63,687 bases of DNA, filler included, from Rhabdomonas costata (GCA_019059605.1; 57 parts of 57 records of this genome joined end to end with filler, not necessarily neighbours in it); one strand, 5' to 3'; counted from the whole stretch's first letter, positions 1 through 12,197 are shown. The notes: generated from the letters alone by a model not told the origin. Translations and numbers: made by a program.

Positions 1-664
1 GTGACATCCCCGAAGGTCACCATGCAGTGGTCTGCACGGGGAAACCCCGCGGTAGGGATGCTGGGGGAGTCGATCGTGGACCAGGTGAACAGCGCTACAG
101 GCAGGGAGACACAAGGTGGACACTCCTCGCCCCCTTATTGCCAAGTCCATATGTCCAACCCAGGAGCGTGTAAAACCCAATGAGACCGATCCCGCCCATG
201 CTGCCAATCAAAACCCGCCGTCAGAAGGACGGAAATAGAATCCACACAACCCAGAACATGGGGATCCCCAAATACAGCCCCTGAGGTTCTGAATGCTTCG
301 CAAGTAGTCGAATACCTGTAGACCCGAGTCTCTGTCATATATATCACCAAAATTCGGTTCCAATGCAAAAAAGGCTCAAAACCAAATGACTTCATTCCGA
401 GACGTGCGTCTGCGGGGTTTTAGGGCTGTTGGTGGTTGTCTGAGCATTTCGTGACAACAAACGACCGATCTAACCTTGAGAAAGGCATCGCCCAGCACTA
501 TAGGAAGAGTACAGCGGCAGTCACAACCAAAACGCGCGTACCGGCGCAGCAGTCCGGCGCCGCGCAGGAGCCGGAGGGGCATTGATCTACGGAGGCGTTG
601 ACGAGGAAGTTGCCGCCTGGGCACTGGTGACCCGCCTCGACCCAGCCACCGCAATCCGCGTATA
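1..664 (-). CDS. Partial gene, 2 exons (664-542, 94-1): Cys-rich module followed by a Kelch-like repeat
   Basis: cctcag|..YADCGGWVEAGHQCPGGNFLVNASVDQCPSGSCAAPDCCA G|gtacgc joins in phase 1 to ctgtag|CG, giving ALFTWSTIDSPSIPTAGFPRADHCMVTFGDV. W..(P)R..H.M is Kelch-like. Confidence 0.6.
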
Positions 665-1019
665 CTGAGGGAACATGAAAAAAAACGAACTTATTTGGGG
701 AGAGGGGAGAGGGTAGCATTTGCGCCGGCTTGGAAAATTTTGCTATGTTAACGCACTGTAAACCTGTGAAAAAATCGCTTGAAAGACGTTGTGTTATCTG
801 CCATACAACTTCCACCATCGTTTACTACCTCGCCTAGCTGCGGCTGGACTCCGCTTTCCCATCTGAAAAGTGACCCCGGCACTTCTCACGAAGTTTCCGC
901 ACATACACACGAAAATGATTGGCCACAGATTTGCAGAAAACCATAGGATGCCCCAGCACAACTCAAAACAGACAACACCCCACAAACCCCCAAGTCACAA
1001 GTCAAACGAAACAAAACAC

Positions 1020-1119
1020 NNNNNNNNNNNNNNNNNNNNNNNNNNNNNNNNNNNNNNNNNNNNTTAATTAATTAANNNNNNNNNNNNNNNNNNNNNNNNN
1101 NNNNNNNNNNNNNNNNNNN
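1020..1119. other. Synthetic contig linker N44-TTAATTAATTAA-N44 (first of 56; recurs about every 1119 bp, last at 62570-62669)
   Basis: Identical 100-bp N-padded palindrome with stops in all six frames between every ~1019-bp block; (63687-5600)/57 is about 1019. Confidence 0.99.
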
Positions 1120-1158
1120 GTTTGTGGTTTTTGTTGGGATGTTTTGACCTTACCACAG

Positions 1159-1313
1159 GTCCTCTCTGCGTACAAAGATAGCACTGCCGCACTGTGGGAT
1201 CTTCGCTCAGGACAGCGAACGGTAATCCGTGGGCACAGCGGTAGGATGAGACAGACGGTATTCGCCGATCCTTTGGGCCGGAGGGTGCTCACCGCCAGTA
1301 ATGATGGCACCGC
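1159..1313 (+). CDS. WD40-repeat protein fragment (downstream part frameshifted or intron-interrupted)
   Basis: After cacag|: VLSAYKDSTAALWDLRSGQRTVIRGHSG..F.DP.GRRVLTASNDGTA, with GH, SxDxT and WD motifs. Confidence 0.8.
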
Positions 1314-2611
1314 GAACCATGACATCATCGTGGCTTTGGAGCGGGACGTTGCCGAAAACCTTCCGTGGTTTGCTGGCAGACTCAGAGTCGAAAACGGTAA
1401 GGAGCATCTTTTCTTCAGTGGTGGCCGTAATAAATTTGGGGTCACTCTGAGAGGCCACCCGTATGTGGTGTTGCGCTGCCTGGTGAGTACTGAGATGTAC
1501 TTCGCTGGCGATGCTGCTTGCGCCCTGGGGACATATGATTGTTGCTGCCGGTGACTCCCGTCTCATGATTACTGCCAATAACCGGCATACTGTGGTCCTT
1601 GCGCCGCTACTTCAGCCGGGCGCTGACACAACAGAGAAGGAGGGGAAACGGGCACACTGGTCTGGATTCAGCGATAGCCAAGGGACAAGATGCAAAAGAG
1701 GCGCTTCCGCATTCCTGAATGCCGCACCGCTGCTGTGGGAGTGCCCCGCTGAAAAACGTTCGCTCGGGGTGACCCTCCCCTTCATCGAAATGCACTGTAT
1801 TGTTGAAAAACGATGCACTTTTTGTGCACTTCCATTCACTTGACACACCTGCCTCACTGCACGGTCCGTCCCTCGCAAGCAACGAATTTCAGGACAATTT
1901 AAGTTGGTGCTAAAAGGAGGTTCGCCCGCCCCCTCCTCCCAGCTATGCTCGAAGGCTCCTTGTGGTGGATATTTCATTGTGTTGTGGGACGCACTGCTTG
2001 TCCTCCAGCATTAGGTTTGCCTTTGCTTGTAGTCCGGTTGTGTTTTCTCCTTTTTTGTACTGGAGCTTGCGGCACTGCCCTTGGAATCACACTTCTTGAG
2101 CAATCCACGAAACAGGGGAGAAGCCGCNNNNNNNNNNNNNNNNNNNNNNNNNNNNNNNNNNNNNNNNNNNNTTAATTAATTAANNNNNNNNNNNNNNNNN
2201 NNNNNNNNNNNNNNNNNNNNNNNNNNNGGTTGTGTGTAAGGCTGCCGTCTGTTTGATTTCGGCCATCGCCGTTGCGTCGTCCTTCTCGCTGTTGTGAAAA
2301 TATTTGCCCTGAGAACTTGAACTTGTGGTCATCCCAATGAGGGAGGGTGAGACCGTGCCGAAGAACTGCGCACAAAGGAGCGCGGCGTGACAATTTGGAG
2401 TACCCAAGGTTGCTGGTCTAAAGTGCCTGCGGGTGTCGGAGGTTCATCAAATGGTGGGTGCAGTGCTGCTACATTTAAGGATTAATGGGGACCCTAATTT
2501 GGTCCTAATTTGGTCCTTAACGGAGAAACGGTCTGCGGAAGGCCTATCGATTCTCTCAAGTTATGTGCGACCAAGGACCACCTCCTAGGATTGCTCTTGG
2601 TGTGTTTACAA

Positions 2612-3237
2612 AGTCTCGGGTGACGGAGCTGCTGGAGGAGACCGCGGAGGCAACAGGGAAGCGCACGTCGGAGCTTCAACGGGCGCTGCAGTTGGAGCAC
2701 GGCGAGGCGTGCCGGCTGAGCCAGGAGTGGCTGGCCGTCCTGCGGGAAAAGCAGGCCTGGGAAGCCTACTACGAGGAGAAGAGGCGCCACCGACCCTTCT
2801 GGAAGAAGGCATCGCGATCCCCCCGACCTCCCGCGCTCTTTCTATTTTTTACATTTGAATAGTGTGCTCGACCTTTGACTTTGGTACTTTTCTTTAGCGT
2901 CAGCGAATATTAAACCGTCGGTATTTCCTCTTTTCCCTCCCGTCCGTTACTGCTTATGGTTGTGCCTTTTCTCACCTGTTGGGATGTCGTGACATTGTAC
3001 CATCTGCGGCATGCTGTCTAGAAACAGGATTGAATTTGCGGGAGCAGTACATGAATAGTTTTTACAGCAATCGCTTTTGTGAGGGTGCGAGACGACTCCG
3101 CTGTCCCTATCGTCCCCTGAATGCCCATATTTCTCCATTTGGATTTTCTTTCTGACGAACATACCTTTTCAGCTGTTTGGCAAGAAGCACCCCGAGGGCT
3201 ACAAGCCGTGGCAGCAGTACCTCACGATGGCCACCAG
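2612..3237 (+). CDS. Hypothetical coiled-coil protein, 2 exons (~2612-2808, 3173-3237) joined by a probable GC-AG intron
   Basis: GC-rich codon-like blocks ..EAYYEEKRRHRPFWKK|gcatcg ... ttttcag|LFGKKHPEGYKPWQQYLTMAT|gtgac; the join is in frame. Confidence 0.55.
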
Positions 3238-3576
3238 GTGACAAAANNNNNNNNNNNNNNNNNNNNNNNNNNNNNNNNNNNNNNNNNNNNTTAATTAATT
3301 AANNNNNNNNNNNNNNNNNNNNNNNNNNNNNNNNNNNNNNNNNNNNTGTTTTTGGTTGATTCGCATCTGAAATCGGAGGATACGTCGTGTTCTGGATGTG
3401 CGAAGTGCGGGAAGACGGGATGATGTGGTTGAGGCCGGGGGTTAAGAGGATTAGAGAGAGAAAAGAGAGCTTGAGACAGAGTTGGCTTTGGTCCTTGGAT
3501 AAATATTCCTTCGCGAAAAATTTTGCTGCAGAACATTCCTCTTCAAAATCCTAACCCGGTGCTAAAAGCACGTCAC

Positions 3577-3790
3577 CTTTTCTCATGGGCTACCTCCCCA
3601 GGCAGGGCAATGTTGTCAGCCACTTGAGAGACTTCCTTCCAGTATTGCTGTCCACACGGCCACGTGTGCGCGCAAGAGAGGAAGGGAGAGGGAACAAGCA
3701 GGCAGGTACCAGGACGATGTACAGCCTCTTCTCGTCCTGCGAGTGGAGGACACGGGCAAAGATGCCGCATATGATGGTGTGAAGCAGAAA
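3577..3790 (-). CDS. Hypothetical protein, 2 exons (~3790-3710, 3647-3577) with a 62-nt GT-AG intron
   Basis: HTIICGIFARVLHSQDEKRLYIVL|gtacct...ggacag|QYWKEVSQVADNIALPGEVAHEK|gtgacg is in frame; no family recognised. Confidence 0.45.
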
Positions 3791-5763
3791 GCGTGAATTT
3801 TCCCTTCAGATTCTGGCGATCCTAAGCCTGTAAAGCCTAAAAAGAGGAAGGAAGATTTTCAAACGATTTTCCCGGCCGCTTGGCGTCCAGGCTTCACGCA
3901 AGGTCTCTCCGTCTGTTATATTTTGCTGAGTTGCACACTTGTGGGACTGGAGTGGAGCGGGTTGCCTTCAGCAGAGGCGTTCAACCACTGTCTCCCAACG
4001 AAAAGCCAGAACAGTCTCTCAGAGGTTGGAATTGAGGTGTTCCCTCACTGACCCAAACGCGTGCCATTATTTAGCCGCCGTGTAACTGTTGCGATTTCTG
4101 TACGAAGTCGTCATTGCTAACGGCACAGCTATCAAGAAGAAATAACCTTTTTGATCGATCCCTTACCGAAACCAATCACAGTGCAGGTGCAATGTTTGAA
4201 GTGAACACAGCGTCAAATGTTATTCATACAGGAATTGATACGATTGATACGAAGGAGTAGCGTGAATCTGTTTATCCCCGCCAAGCAGATTCACGCTACT
4301 CCTTCGTATCAATCGTATCAATTCCTGTATGAATAACATTTGACGCTGTGTTCACTCCAAACAAANNNNNNNNNNNNNNNNNNNNNNNNNNNNNNNNNNN
4401 NNNNNNNNNTTAATTAATTAANNNNNNNNNNNNNNNNNNNNNNNNNNNNNNNNNNNNNNNNNNNNGGTGGTTTCTTGAGCCCCGAATGTTCACCACACGG
4501 ATGGGCTTCCCCATCAGCGCGGCAATGGAGAAGCCATTCCTGTGCGCAGTGAAACAAGAAGAGCGTGACTGCATGGAGGGGAGCTTTGCAACGCGCTGCT
4601 TTGGAAGGGAACGACCAAAGATCGCCCCAACTCCAAACGATGACGCCCCCCCATAAAAGCTTTTTTGACGGGCATCCCCTCGTATCCTATTACTCCTGCC
4701 TCTGCTAATAGCCCGATATAATTTTGAAGCGTCACAGTTCCCATTTCTGAGTCATGTTCAGTTCAGGCATCCAAAAGCAAACACAATCCCGTCACTGGCT
4801 ACACTGCCCATTGTGGGGCGTTTGTGCTCCACAAAATGCACTCACCCAACTCCATGGAGTTGGGGATGATGCGAGACTTCCAGAAAGAGGAGAAGCCGCC
4901 CTGCAAAAAGACGAAAGGTATCGAGGAGGGCGGGAGAGCATGCTGACTTTTCGCAACCAACAGCGCAATTGAACTGCAGCCGATCTTGACCGTATTACAG
5001 AAAAAATATCATGCCTGAGGATTTGCCCTCCGCCAGCGTCCCCATCCACCGTGACGAACTCTGCAGACATCACTGCGCAGCCACAGCCGCAAAACAATCC
5101 CAAAGGGGGTTACAAGTGCGGTGTTCCCGACAGGTAAGGAAAGACAAAACAAAGCAGAAAACAGAAGCAGAGCTAAGCTGCGCACTGGTGGAAAGAATAC
5201 AGCCTCAGAACAGGGATTCACGATAGGTCCCATCTATCGCAGAACGAGTTCCTCTCATTAAATTGAAATGCGTTTTTTCTGTCTTCCGGGTGAATAATGC
5301 CCCATCCCTAGGGCCAAGTGCCCCAGGATTATTGAATATTCATCCAAATTGTCATTATTGCAGTCTCCTCTGATGACCGGTGTAACGGCAGTCCCATGTC
5401 CGAGTCCCGGATCTTCCAAGCAGGATGAAGGCACAGAGGCTGACAGCAAGACAACAGAGAAAACACGCTGTCATCCCACCACACNNNNNNNNNNNNNNNN
5501 NNNNNNNNNNNNNNNNNNNNNNNNNNNNTTAATTAATTAANNNNNNNNNNNNNNNNNNNNNNNNNNNNNNNNNNNNNNNNNNNNGGGTTTGGTTGTGATG
5601 GAACGTCCACCTTTCCATGCAGAAACAGAACAAGAGACTTTGGTTTCAACAGTAACCTCTTTTTTTTTGTTTTTGCCTTTTTCTTTCTTTGATGTGCTAG
5701 AGCAGCAGAAGAGGAGACAAAACAACCCAACCAGAAACTCGCCTGCTTGCTTCATATTCTCTT

Positions 5764-6314
5764 ATGAGCGCTCAACCTCAGCCGAAGCCGGGCGCGGCTC
5801 CCGCCAGTGCTGCTCCCGGAGGGATCCCCTCCTCTGGGCCCAACACAGCTCGTCGGGCAGATGTGACGCAGAACTTTGCCGACATGCGAATTTCCCGTGT
5901 GTCGCTGCTCGTCCATTTGCTTATTCCTTGCTTAGGAAGCACTGTGACTGGGAAAGTTTACAAGAATTTTTCGCAGTGAGCATTTTGTATGCGCACTTTG
6001 TCTGCAGAAAAGGACGGGGAAGTGCCACCCCCGACGGTGACCGCTCGCGATGGGACGGACAAGGCCGCTTCCTCCCCCACGAGCGCGTCCATGCCCAAGA
6101 GCATCAGCTACAGTGCGGAGCGCGTTATCGGGCACGGCTCATTCGGAGTGGTTTTCATGGCCAAGGTCCCGGCTTTTTTTATTGGGTTAATCTGGTTGTT
6201 TCTCCCCTCATCCTCCTTTTGCTCACCAGCTGCTGTGAATTTTTTTCACCAAAGGTCGTGGAAACGGGAGAAATTGTTGCCATCAAGAAAGTGCTGCAGG
6301 ACAAGCGATTCAAG
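5764..6314 (+). CDS. GSK3: Glycogen synthase kinase 3 / shaggy-like kinase, 5' part; exons 5764-5896, 6008-6165, 6255-6314
   Basis: Spliced translation ..ISYSAERVIGHGSFGVVFMAK|VVETGEIVAIKKVLQDKRFK is the GSK3 signature; GT-AG introns with compatible phases. Confidence 0.95.
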
Positions 6315-7903
6315 GTGTGAAGGCTTTTGAAGGTGTTTCTAGGTTTCGAAAGTTGTTGTGGCATCTTTTGTTTTCGTTGCTTGGTTGCCTACCCGGTTGA
6401 GGCAATGCTTGGGGGGCTTAAACGGTTTTCATGTTGTTGAAGGTGGTTGGCTCCGCCATCCGCCAGTCCTTGGTTGCGGTTCCAGCCTTTCACTTTCCTT
6501 CCAGCAAAGGCCTCAAACCGCAAAAAGAAACGTCCTCAGTAAAACAACAAACCTGTACATGAAGCCGCTTCTGAAACCGCACTATATCGTTCCCCCCCCC
6601 ACANNNNNNNNNNNNNNNNNNNNNNNNNNNNNNNNNNNNNNNNNNNNTTAATTAATTAANNNNNNNNNNNNNNNNNNNNNNNNNNNNNNNNNNNNNNNNN
6701 NNNGGGTGGGGGTTTCGACCAACCCGCTCTTCCCTGGACATGCCAAGTGCGCACATCCACAGCGAAGAAGGGGTTGGTCGAAACCTCCACTCTGAAACAG
6801 CGCTGGGAGCATTACAAACCTCACAGCCTATAATGCGACCTACCAATGCAGTGGCACATAAGCAATGCCAGATTGTTTGCACAGCAGCAGAATCCGCCAT
6901 TGTAAAAAGCCAGAAGTCGAACGAGTGTGCGAATGAGAGTAATTCTCGTATCTCTCTCTGCAAGTGTGGTGTGCATGGGGAAATAAATGAAGGGCAGGGT
7001 AAGCACACCCATCGGAGAGGGCCAGACCGCGCGGCACACAAATCTGCCCCGCAGTCAGGCTGGTCTCCTAAATAACATTATGGTTGGGGCGGTCACACAA
7101 AAAGCTATAGAATGCCTGTTCCAGTCTTAGCAACAAAAGCATTAGTGCGTTGAAACGCGCACGCAAATGAGAAACTGATGTATTCATACCATTCGAATTG
7201 TTGAGATTGGGAATACGTTTATGCTTGTCAACCATACTGCAGAGTCCACATGTAGGATTCAACCTCATCAGCAGAGAATATTAACACTGTACAATGACTG
7301 TGTTGGAACAAGTTTTGGTTTTAGCAGTCCGTGAGGGAACCGTGCCTAGGTGTTCATAATCTTGAAACTAAAGACACCAGCGGTAGCAGTAGGTACAAAA
7401 CAGCAGACCACTTGCGCATCTCGGGAAGAGTTCATAATATTGTCTATTTTAAACAAGTCAAGTCATTGACGACACAATTCAAGTGAAAGACAACAACAAT
7501 AAAAACAAAATTAGAGAACTGGATAGAACATCTCGAATGCGGCGGGAGAAGGCAGGAGGGGGGAGGGTGGATGTGCCACCGCTGCTTCGCGAAGCGAAAC
7601 GATTCCGTTGGACTGCACCACACCCGCTGTCTCCGCAGCCGCCCACAGCAGTGCGAGGCCTTCCCAGGGTGCGTCTCCCTGCGTTTGCAAACAAACAACC
7701 ACTCCGCAACGTCCAAAAAACANNNNNNNNNNNNNNNNNNNNNNNNNNNNNNNNNNNNNNNNNNNNTTAATTAATTAANNNNNNNNNNNNNNNNNNNNNN
7801 NNNNNNNNNNNNNNNNNNNNNNAGTGGACGTATGCAGGGATTTGGTCAACAGGGGGCGCTCAGCACAGCTCGGGGGCTGCAGCAAACAGTCGACAGCACA
7901 ACA

Positions 7904-7965
7904 GTGTTGTTGTTGTTCATGTTGTTGTTGTTGTTGCTGCTGCTGCTGTTGTTGTTGTTGTTGTT

Positions 7966-8043
<78 letters not shown>

Positions 8044-8045
8044 AT
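7904..8045. repeat. (GTT)n microsatellite with GCT interruptions
   Basis: Seen directly; explains the poly-L/C/N ORFs. Confidence 0.98.
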
Positions 8046-11000
8046 TCTGGATCAGGAACTTTTGCGGTGGTGCGGTTGTTCGCATTTGTGTAGGTTTGTG
8101 CGATCAAGACAAGAAAGAAGAATTGAAAACATCTAGAGCTCATTCAAACCAATGGACATGTGATGCCCCTAGAAAGGGCTTGCAAAGGGCTTCATCGCAC
8201 GGACGCAAAACGAAAGAGCTCGGCAGGACGATTCCGAAGCGCCCCCAAAAGCAGTAAGAGGAAAGGACTGTGACGGTGAGAGAGCCGTGACCAAAAAGCG
8301 CAGGGAAAACCGAGACAGGACAGAAACCTTGTCGCGGCTAAGCGGAGACGTGCATCCCTGCAAGAGAGCAGCACGAAAAGCCATAAGACCTTGGTCAGCG
8401 CAAAAGCAAGGAGCGAGCTTCGCTGTCAGAATAAAATCGGGTTACCCTCCTTACGCCGAACAGCTGTGACGGGCGGAATTCCGGAATAGCGCCGCGGATG
8501 ATACAGCAATCAAACCCCCTCAGAGACACACAATGCTGTATTTTTCGTGTGTGTGTGGGGGGGGGATTCCAGCCTCAGCCGCCCGCTCCAGCAGCGCCAC
8601 AAAAAAAGTCGAAATTAATTTACTGCCCTCGTTCCCCTCCCAATGGCACCAGCGGCATGACAAAAAACACGCTACGCACAAAGAAATTAACATCGCTACC
8701 TTCTCCTCACCAAGAAAAGGCAAACGACAAGATGATACCGGCTTGAGAACAGCAAGGAGCGCCTGAAAGCAAAAGAGTCAAACGAGTTCTCGTGCCCAGT
8801 GACTTCCCCGTGTCCTTGTTTCATTCAAAACGCGCAGCCCTATTTAAAAACAACAACCNNNNNNNNNNNNNNNNNNNNNNNNNNNNNNNNNNNNNNNNNN
8901 NNTTAATTAATTAANNNNNNNNNNNNNNNNNNNNNNNNNNNNNNNNNNNNNNNNNNNNGGGTGGTTCGGAGAATATTCCGGCGCAGTATTGTGTTGTTGG
9001 TCGTGTTGCTGTTTTGCTTTCGGGCCGGTTCGGGGAGAAAACGGGGAAGAGCCCAAAGAGAAGATGGATACGTCGGACTCCAGCCCTCATTCGGGTTCAT
9101 TCGGGGTTGTTGGCCGTAACCTTTGGGATTGAAGGGCAAGTTCTGTTTTTTTGCACCCTTCATTGCCCGCCGTCCGCAAACCGACTGTTTTTTTTAGGTT
9201 GGCTGATGAAGATGAAGGAGGCGACTTTTAGGAAGCGCGGCAATCGCGAATGAAAGGTATTTTTTTGAGATAGGGATCGGAATGGGTTATTTCCGGCGCT
9301 TTGAGGTATTAAGGGCCCCAGCAGTTATTTGTTTCCTGGTTCCATAAAATAGCAAAGGCCACCACAGCAACGCACGGGGAGAACACAAACAAAAGCCGGA
9401 AAGACAAAGCTTTATTTTAAGTGCTTATATCGAAATGGGTTATGGCGATCAAATATCCCAAGAAATCCAAAAAGAGCGGACGCATATGTGGGAAAGCCGC
9501 CGGCAAAGAGAAAAAAGGTCCCGAAAAAAGCGGTGGTCGAGCTGAGAAAGCAGAGGAAGACAACAATGAGAAGGCTCAGCACGTCGGTGCTGAGGAGATC
9601 TGTGTTAGAGGAGATCCGTGTCGGAGTAATCCGGAAAACAAGGCAGCGAAGCTGAGCACAGTTTTGGGCGGTGCGACAGCCGAGCGTTCGAAGCAGCGGT
9701 CCGGACCTTATTCATCGGGTATTCCGCCCCCATACTATCATTAGGTCTCAACATCAAGTCATGAAACGTTTGTACGTGCTACGTTCGTCCCTCGCTTCGT
9801 TTCGGAAAAAAAAGGGACTCAAACGATAGTCCCGCTTTGGGATTAGGGTCCTTTCCCAGACCGTATGTTATGCCCAACGGACCGCACATCGCACATGGTA
9901 TGTTTCAGGAAATTTTCAGGTTTTTCGGACATTAAAACAGCCTGGCTCGTCTTTGAAGTTCGAAAAACCCAAAAAACNNNNNNNNNNNNNNNNNNNNNNN
10001 NNNNNNNNNNNNNNNNNNNNNTTAATTAATTAANNNNNNNNNNNNNNNNNNNNNNNNNNNNNNNNNNNNNNNNNNNNGTGGGGTTGGTTTTAATGATTTT
10101 CTATGCTCCGTTCTTTCGCAATTTACTACTTTCCAGCAGTCGGCTGCAAAAGGCATGTAAGAAGCGGCGAAGTGGAGCTGTAACGGTAAAAACTCGGGGA
10201 TTGCAGGGAACACAAAGCTACCATAAAAGTAATATAAGGATCAGTACAAAATTGGTCAAATGGAACGGCGCGCAAACCATGATTTGTGCTGATTTGCCAT
10301 TTCCGCTGTATACATATACAAAAGACCCCATGCCTGCTTCAGCTTACCTTTATAGCGTCAATAAAAGAAAAAAAAATGCCATTTCTGAATTTTTCCTTTC
10401 CGAAGGTGGCGCTTGTTGATGAATTTGATACTCCATTTATTTTTCTTCACCGAAAATTCCGGAGCTGATCCAATATTAAGCCAATCCATATATATGTATG
10501 ATGTGTATAGTATATGTGTTCTATAAAAGACAGCAAGAGAGACAGAGAGAGACAGAGAAATAGAGAGATACAGCTGACCATCCAATTCAGTCATTCTTTG
10601 ACATTTTTTTTCCAGTTTTTATTGATTGGGGGTTTGGTTGGAAATCTAAATCACGCTTCCACTGTACAATGCTTGCGGCTGCTGCGGAAGCAGACAGCCT
10701 TTGCAGCGAGGGACCCACTGCCGCCGTTCGTTTCAACCCTGGCCGGTCTGCATTGATTTTCTAGTTTTTATCTTTTTCAAAATTTGTCTCGACAGTGGGG
10801 GTCTACACAGAGTGAAAAAACTTAGAGCGAATGAGAAGGAAGCAGGTAAGAAGGGGAGCTGGGGGACTCGAAACCCTCCCGACGCAGAGTGTACATATGG
10901 AAAAAACAAAGGGCAATGGGCTGTCGCGAGGCGGCAGCATGAACAGCAACCAGGAGGGGAAGCTCTACGAACCTACCTACGTACGGGCTTCAGCGCAAGG

Positions 11001-11198
11001 CTGCTGGTAGTGTTCGGCGTTCCGCTGGCACGGAACCCGGAGCGGACTTCCCAGGACCCGTCCCAATACCGCGCAGCAGTGACCGGGCCACCCCCCACNN
11101 NNNNNNNNNNNNNNNNNNNNNNNNNNNNNNNNNNNNNNNNNNTTAATTAATTAANNNNNNNNNNNNNNNNNNNNNNNNNNNNNNNNNNNNNNNNNNNN

Positions 11199-12197
11199 GT
11201 TGCAGCTGTCAGCAAATGGCCCAAAGGTGAGACCGCCGATGACGAACACTTGCAACTTGTAGAAAATCTCCAAAACATCTGCAGGCGTGATTGAGGAGAA
11301 GTCATCGACAATACCGGGAAGGGCCTGCAGTCCAGCAATCGCAAGTCGAGCGGATGCATATGCCTCTAAGGAGGTCACAGAAGAAACATCTCCAGAGCCA
11401 AATGAAAGCATCGCTGCTTGGAAACCCTGAACCATCGAGTAGTCCGGAGAATGGGGAACAACTTGACTAACCACAAGCTTAGCTGAGCTGCCGTTCATCA
11501 TGGTAACAAAGGCATCACCAACGGAAGAAGGGCAAAGGTAAACCACCTCCGAAGGTAGTAACGCCTGAGCTGCACGAATGAAAGCAGCAGCAGTGGTGCC
11601 ATTGGTCCACACCACTACCACCTGGGGTACGAAGGGTTTCGCACCACCAACGAGTGAAGCCAGCCCATCGGCAATCGTCGGAGAAAAGCTGCCACCGCTG
11701 AGCAACCGAAGATTCACCGCCTGAAGTGCCAAGCGAAGAGACTCAACCCCTTGTTGCCCAAAGCTGTCGTTGCTGTAGAACATCGAGAACATCGTTAGGT
11801 CAAGGCCACTGGCGGCATAGTTTACCAAAGCATTCATCTCATCTCCATAACTCGCGCGAACCCTGATCACGTTCCGATTGCCTGCCATGGAAATCAGTGC
11901 AGCAGAGCTTGGGTAAGGGCCAATGAACGCCATCCCCGTCGAGTTCAGGGAGGAAGACAGAGCAGGGCTGAAACCGTCTTCGTAGCTCCCAACAAAACCA
12001 AGAACTCCATTCAACCCAAGAACTGCGGTAGCGGCAGAGCCTGCGCTGCTGCCGTCTAATGTCACCAAGTGGAGAAGGCGACCTGCAATACCACCTTCCC
12101 AGTTCTGCTCTCAAAAACCCACTTGCACCCCAATCTGAAGGGAGACCCCGATGGACTGAAGATATCCTGTCAATGGAACAGCTTGCACGAACACAAG
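11199..12197 (-). CDS. Type-1 periplasmic-binding-protein (LivJ / Venus-flytrap-like) sensor domain, probably the ectodomain of a receptor cyclase or kinase; one in-frame TGA at 12113-12111
   Basis: LVFVQAVPLTG..IG..LQIG...GF*EQN..GGIAGRLLHLVTLDG ... FIGPY...NVIRVRASYGDEM...FYSNDSFGQQG...VSQVVP...SLEAY...IGGLTFGPF..CN follows the PBP1 ligand-binding pattern; no introns over ~1 kb. Confidence 0.85.

Noticed and set aside
1064-1075. Regularly spaced TTAATTAATTAA palindrome as a CRISPR-like or regulatory repeat
   Set aside because: Always centred in N44 pads; it is a synthetic six-frame-stop linker.
5589-6320. 243-aa ORF as a single protein
   Set aside because: A chance frame across UTR and introns; only its last 20 codons are real GSK3 exon.
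7824-8257. Poly-Cys, poly-Leu and poly-Asn ORFs
   Set aside because: Translations of a (GTT)n microsatellite.
12111-12113. Genome-wide TGA reassignment
   Set aside because: Only one case, and KAE1 terminates at TGA.
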